64,000 nucleotides of DNA from Alphaproteobacteria bacterium. GTDB lineage: Bacteria > Pseudomonadota > Alphaproteobacteria > UBA7887. Positions within the stretch are counted from its first letter, which is position 1; the number at the start of each line of letters is the position of its first letter. The notes below the pieces were generated by a model, which saw nothing but the letters and a program-made list of their open reading frames with translations, made no database searches and was not told the origin of the DNA. The stretch covers positions 328,755 to 392,754 of the forward strand of contig OZ241752.1 of assembly GCA_965201155.1 (NCBI GenBank). Direction: 5' to 3'. The translations under genes were made by a program, and so were the position numbers. Positions 61,228 through 64,000 of this stretch are shown here, piece by piece.

Positions 61228-62043
61228 ATGCCTGAAAACGCCATGAGCCAGCCGGATATCGAGCGCGTTGCGGCGCGAATTTTCGCCGATAACCGAAATC
61301 GCGCGCCATTTCGACCCCTGCGCGGCGCCGATGCCCCGCCGACATTGACAGACGCATACCGCATTCAGGACTGCGTGCATAATCTGTTTGAGGCCGAAGG
61401 AGATGCGGGGCCGCTCGGTGGACACAAGATCGCGCTGACATCAAGGGCGGTGCAGGCGCTGTGCGGCGTCGATCAGCCCGCCTATGGCGGCATCTTCGCG
61501 AAAACCATTCACCGCTCGCCGGCCGTTATGGAACTTTCCGAATTTGTGCACGCCGGTCTGGAATTTGAACTGGCGGTGGAAATCTCCCGTGACGCGCCGC
61601 CGGAAAACGCCCCCTATGACCGCGAATCCATCGCTCGCCATATCAGGTCATGTGCGCCGGCATTTGAACTGATCGAGGACAGGAACGCTGATTATGGCGC
61701 CCTGGATGCAGCATCCATCCTGACCGACCGCTGTTGGTGCGCGGGAATCGTGTTGGGCCCGCCCGTCACGCGATGGGACGATATCGACCTCGCCACCGTG
61801 CCGGTTACCTTGGCCTGGAATGGCGTCGTGTGCGAGCGCGGCGTCGCCGGTGCATCAATGGGGCACCCGTTCGAAGGGCTCGCATGGGTCGCCAACCATC
61901 TCGCGCAACGCGGGCGGGGCCTCACCGCCGGCGAAATCGTCATGACCGGAAGCGCCCTGGCAACGCGGTTTCCAGAGGCAGGTGATGAAATCATCTATGC
62001 AATCGAGGGCTTGGGCGAAACGCGCCTGAACGTAGCGCCGTGA
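61228..62043 (+). CDS. 2-keto-4-pentenoate hydratase/MhpD-like (fumarylacetoacetate hydrolase superfamily) protein
   Basis: DAYRIQD…GHKIALTS… motifs of the hydratase-decarboxylase family. The start is uncertain (ATG at 61228 or 61243). Confidence 0.6.
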   Translation: MPENAMSQPDIERVAARIFADNRNRAPFRPLRGADAPPTLTDAYRIQDCVHNLFEAEGDAGPLGGHKIALTSRAVQALCGVDQPAYGGIFAKTIHRSPAVMELSEFVHAGLEFELAVEISRDAPPENAPYDRESIARHIRSCAPAFELIEDRNADYGALDAASILTDRCWCAGIVLGPPVTRWDDIDLATVPVTLAWNGVVCERGVAGASMGHPFEGLAWVANHLAQRGRGLTAGEIVMTGSALATRFPEAGDEIIYAIEGLGETRLNVAP

Positions 62044-62350
62044 AGGCCTCCCATCTTTTTTCGGACCTGCAGTTGACACTCATTCGCATCACAGGTCATT
62101 ATGCGGGCGATGATGATGTGGCGCACAATCAAACCCTCCGCCCTTGCCGCAGTGCTGCGCGCTCTGGCTGGCCACGCGCCCCGTTCAGTCTCCCGGTCGA
62201 AACCGGTCGTGCCGAGGCCCGTCCGACCCAAACCCGCGCGGAGCCGAATTCCGAACTAAACGGCGCACCCTGCCCCCGTCGGCCGAACAAGCTCCCCGAC
62301 CCGCACAACTCCCTGCTCGGAGCGGCGCGTGCGCCGGAAAGAAGCATCAC

Positions 62351-63763
62351 ATGCTGGACAGCCTGACCACCGACCGCAGCGGGACAATTCCCGTTGTCGC
62401 TGTCGCGGAACCGGCATTCGCACACTGGCGCGAAAATGCTGGGGCACAAACCCGCCATTGGCTGGACGCTGTCGGCTTCAACGCCCGGCCCGGTGCCGCG
62501 GCACTGTTGCCGGGCGAAGACGGCGCCCCCGCATCCGTGGTGTTGATTGTCGGTGCAAGCCCCGATTTATGGTCGTTTGCAGGCTTGCCGACACAGTTGG
62601 GTCCGGGCCGCTACAGTTTCACCCGGCCGCAAGGTTTCGCGTGGAACACACATCTTGCCACCCATGTCGCATTGGGATGGATGCTCGGAAACTACCGGTT
62701 CGACGCCTACAAGTCTTCGCCGGCCAAACCGATGCCGTCCGCAGCGCCCCCGGAGGGCGCAGATATCCCGCTCGCTCGTCGCCTCGCCCGCGCGGTCGGG
62801 CTGGCGCGCGATCTGATCAACACCCCGGCCAACGACATGGGCCCGCAAGATCTGGAACACGCCGCCCGCGGTGTCGCTCAGGCCTATGGCGCGGAGGTTC
62901 ACGTCATTGTCGGAGATGATCTGCTCGTCCGCGATTACCCGATGATTCATACCGTTGGCCGGGCGAGCCCCCGCGCACCTCGCCTCATCGACATGTCATG
63001 GGGCGATGAAACCCACCCTCGCATTACGCTCGTGGGAAAAGGCGTATGTTTCGATTCTGGCGGCCTCGATCTCAAGACCGCCGCCGGCATGCGCCTGATG
63101 AAAAAGGATATGGGCGGCGCCGCATTGATCCTAGGGCTCGCCGCGGCCGTCATGGACGCCAGCTTGAACGTACGGTTGCGGGTTCTCCTTCCTGCCGTGG
63201 ACAACGCCGTTTCCGGCAATGCCTATCGCCCTGGTGACATCGTGCGAACCCGCGCCGGCAAGACTGTCGAGATCGGCAATACGGACGCCGAGGGCCGCTT
63301 GATCCTGTGCGACGCGCTGGCCGAAGCGGATCGCGAAGCACCGGAACTGCTCATCGACGCAGCGACCCTGACCGGCGCCGCCCGCGTTGCGCTGGGAACA
63401 GAGGTCCCGGCCCTGTTCACCGACGACGACACGCTCGCTGATGACCTGACGCGCCATTCGCGCACCGAGGCCGACGCACTGTGGCGTTTGCCGCTCTGGA
63501 AACCCTACCGCTCGCTGCTGCGCACCCCCGCAGCCGACCTCAACAATATCTCCGACGGGCCTTATGGCGGCGCAGTCACCGCAGCGCTGTTTCTCGGCGC
63601 ATTTGTGGAGAAAGCTGCAAGCTGGGCCCATCTGGATTGCATGGGCTGGAATCTGCGCAATCAACCCGGCCGCCCGAAAGGCGGCGAGGCTATCGCCCTG
63701 CGCGCCCTCTATGCACTGATTGCCGCGCGCTATCCCCCGTTCAGCAACGGGGCAACCGCGTAA
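62351..63763 (+). CDS. M17 family leucyl aminopeptidase
   Basis: NTDAEGRLILCDAL signature and metal ligands (…VGKGVCFDSGG…). Start reset to the ATG at 62351. Confidence 0.85.
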   Translation: MLDSLTTDRSGTIPVVAVAEPAFAHWRENAGAQTRHWLDAVGFNARPGAAALLPGEDGAPASVVLIVGASPDLWSFAGLPTQLGPGRYSFTRPQGFAWNTHLATHVALGWMLGNYRFDAYKSSPAKPMPSAAPPEGADIPLARRLARAVGLARDLINTPANDMGPQDLEHAARGVAQAYGAEVHVIVGDDLLVRDYPMIHTVGRASPRAPRLIDMSWGDETHPRITLVGKGVCFDSGGLDLKTAAGMRLMKKDMGGAALILGLAAAVMDASLNVRLRVLLPAVDNAVSGNAYRPGDIVRTRAGKTVEIGNTDAEGRLILCDALAEADREAPELLIDAATLTGAARVALGTEVPALFTDDDTLADDLTRHSRTEADALWRLPLWKPYRSLLRTPAADLNNISDGPYGGAVTAALFLGAFVEKAASWAHLDCMGWNLRNQPGRPKGGEAIALRALYALIAARYPPFSNGATA

Positions 63764-63771
63764 CCGGGCCC

Positions 63772-64000
63772 ATGGACACCGCGGAAATCCTCACCGGCTC
63801 GCGCCGTGACCTGCTGCTGATATGCGATCATGCCAGCAATCACGTCCCTGCCGAACTCGCCGGCCTCGGTCTGTCCGAAACTGACCTCCAACGTCATATC
63901 GGCTGGGATATCGGTGCCGGGCCGCTCACCCGTTGTCTTTCCGCGCGGCTGAACGCCCCGGCCATACTCTGTCGCTTTTCACGTCTGATCATTGACCCGA
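63772..64000 (+). CDS. N-formylglutamate amidohydrolase family protein, N-terminal fragment (runs off the window)
   Basis: …LLLICDHASNHVPAELAGLGL…IGWDIGAGPL…SRLIIDP resembles the FGase (PF05013) N-terminal region. No stop within the window. Confidence 0.55.
   Translation, partial: MDTAEILTGSRRDLLLICDHASNHVPAELAGLGLSETDLQRHIGWDIGAGPLTRCLSARLNAPAILCRFSRLIIDP

Noticed and set aside
1-64000. CRISPR arrays, reverse transcriptases, integrase-bounded prophage, or known multi-gene defence operons
   Set aside because: No short direct-repeat/spacer arrays, RT motifs (YxDD), phage structural genes or integrases other than the housekeeping xerD were found. The mobile content is limited to three IS elements and the TA/PIN remnants.

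Overview
This window looks like a high-GC (~66-67%) alphaproteobacterial chromosomal segment, mostly housekeeping genes in conserved syntenic blocks. From 5' to 3' it contains: the citrate synthase 3' end; a hydantoinase/oxoprolinase A/B pair; a large flotillin-like protein; an orphan ABC ATPase; an SDR and an Ldh_2 dehydrogenase; secA; an amidase; a TAT-exported two-subunit molybdo-oxidoreductase with a divergent AraC regulator; ubiD; pmbA/tldD; an inositol monophosphatase; msbA-waaA-lpxK; cobT-cobS, a J-domain protein and bolA; a CorC/HlyC transporter; aroB-aroK; xerD-accA; rpmG; an MFS transporter; rnr-topA-dprA; a TAT amidohydrolase; a NosR/NirI-like membrane redox protein; a hydratase; an M17 aminopeptidase.

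Two accessory patches interrupt this. (1) At ~19.4-25.7 kb, two copies of a ~1.29-kb IS5-family element sit in inverted orientation around a 3.2-kb segment. That segment carries an FMN-dependent L-lactate dehydrogenase, a PHB depolymerase and an orphan PemI-like antitoxin. The insertions truncated a Sel1-repeat gene, left a low-GC DUF4411/PIN-like gene remnant, and the toxin partner of pemI appears lost. (2) At ~34.5-35.7 kb, an ISAs1-family IS is inserted at the 3' end of an SDR gene, directly beside tRNA-Leu(CAA).

I found no CRISPR array, prophage, or recognisable complete defence system. The most unusual intact candidate is an orphan NosR-like flavo-FeS membrane protein surrounded by secreted proteins of unknown function.

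The ORF track counts GTG/TTG as starts, and many long antisense ORFs in it are GC artefacts. Several gene starts were re-estimated from conserved N-termini and RBS positions.
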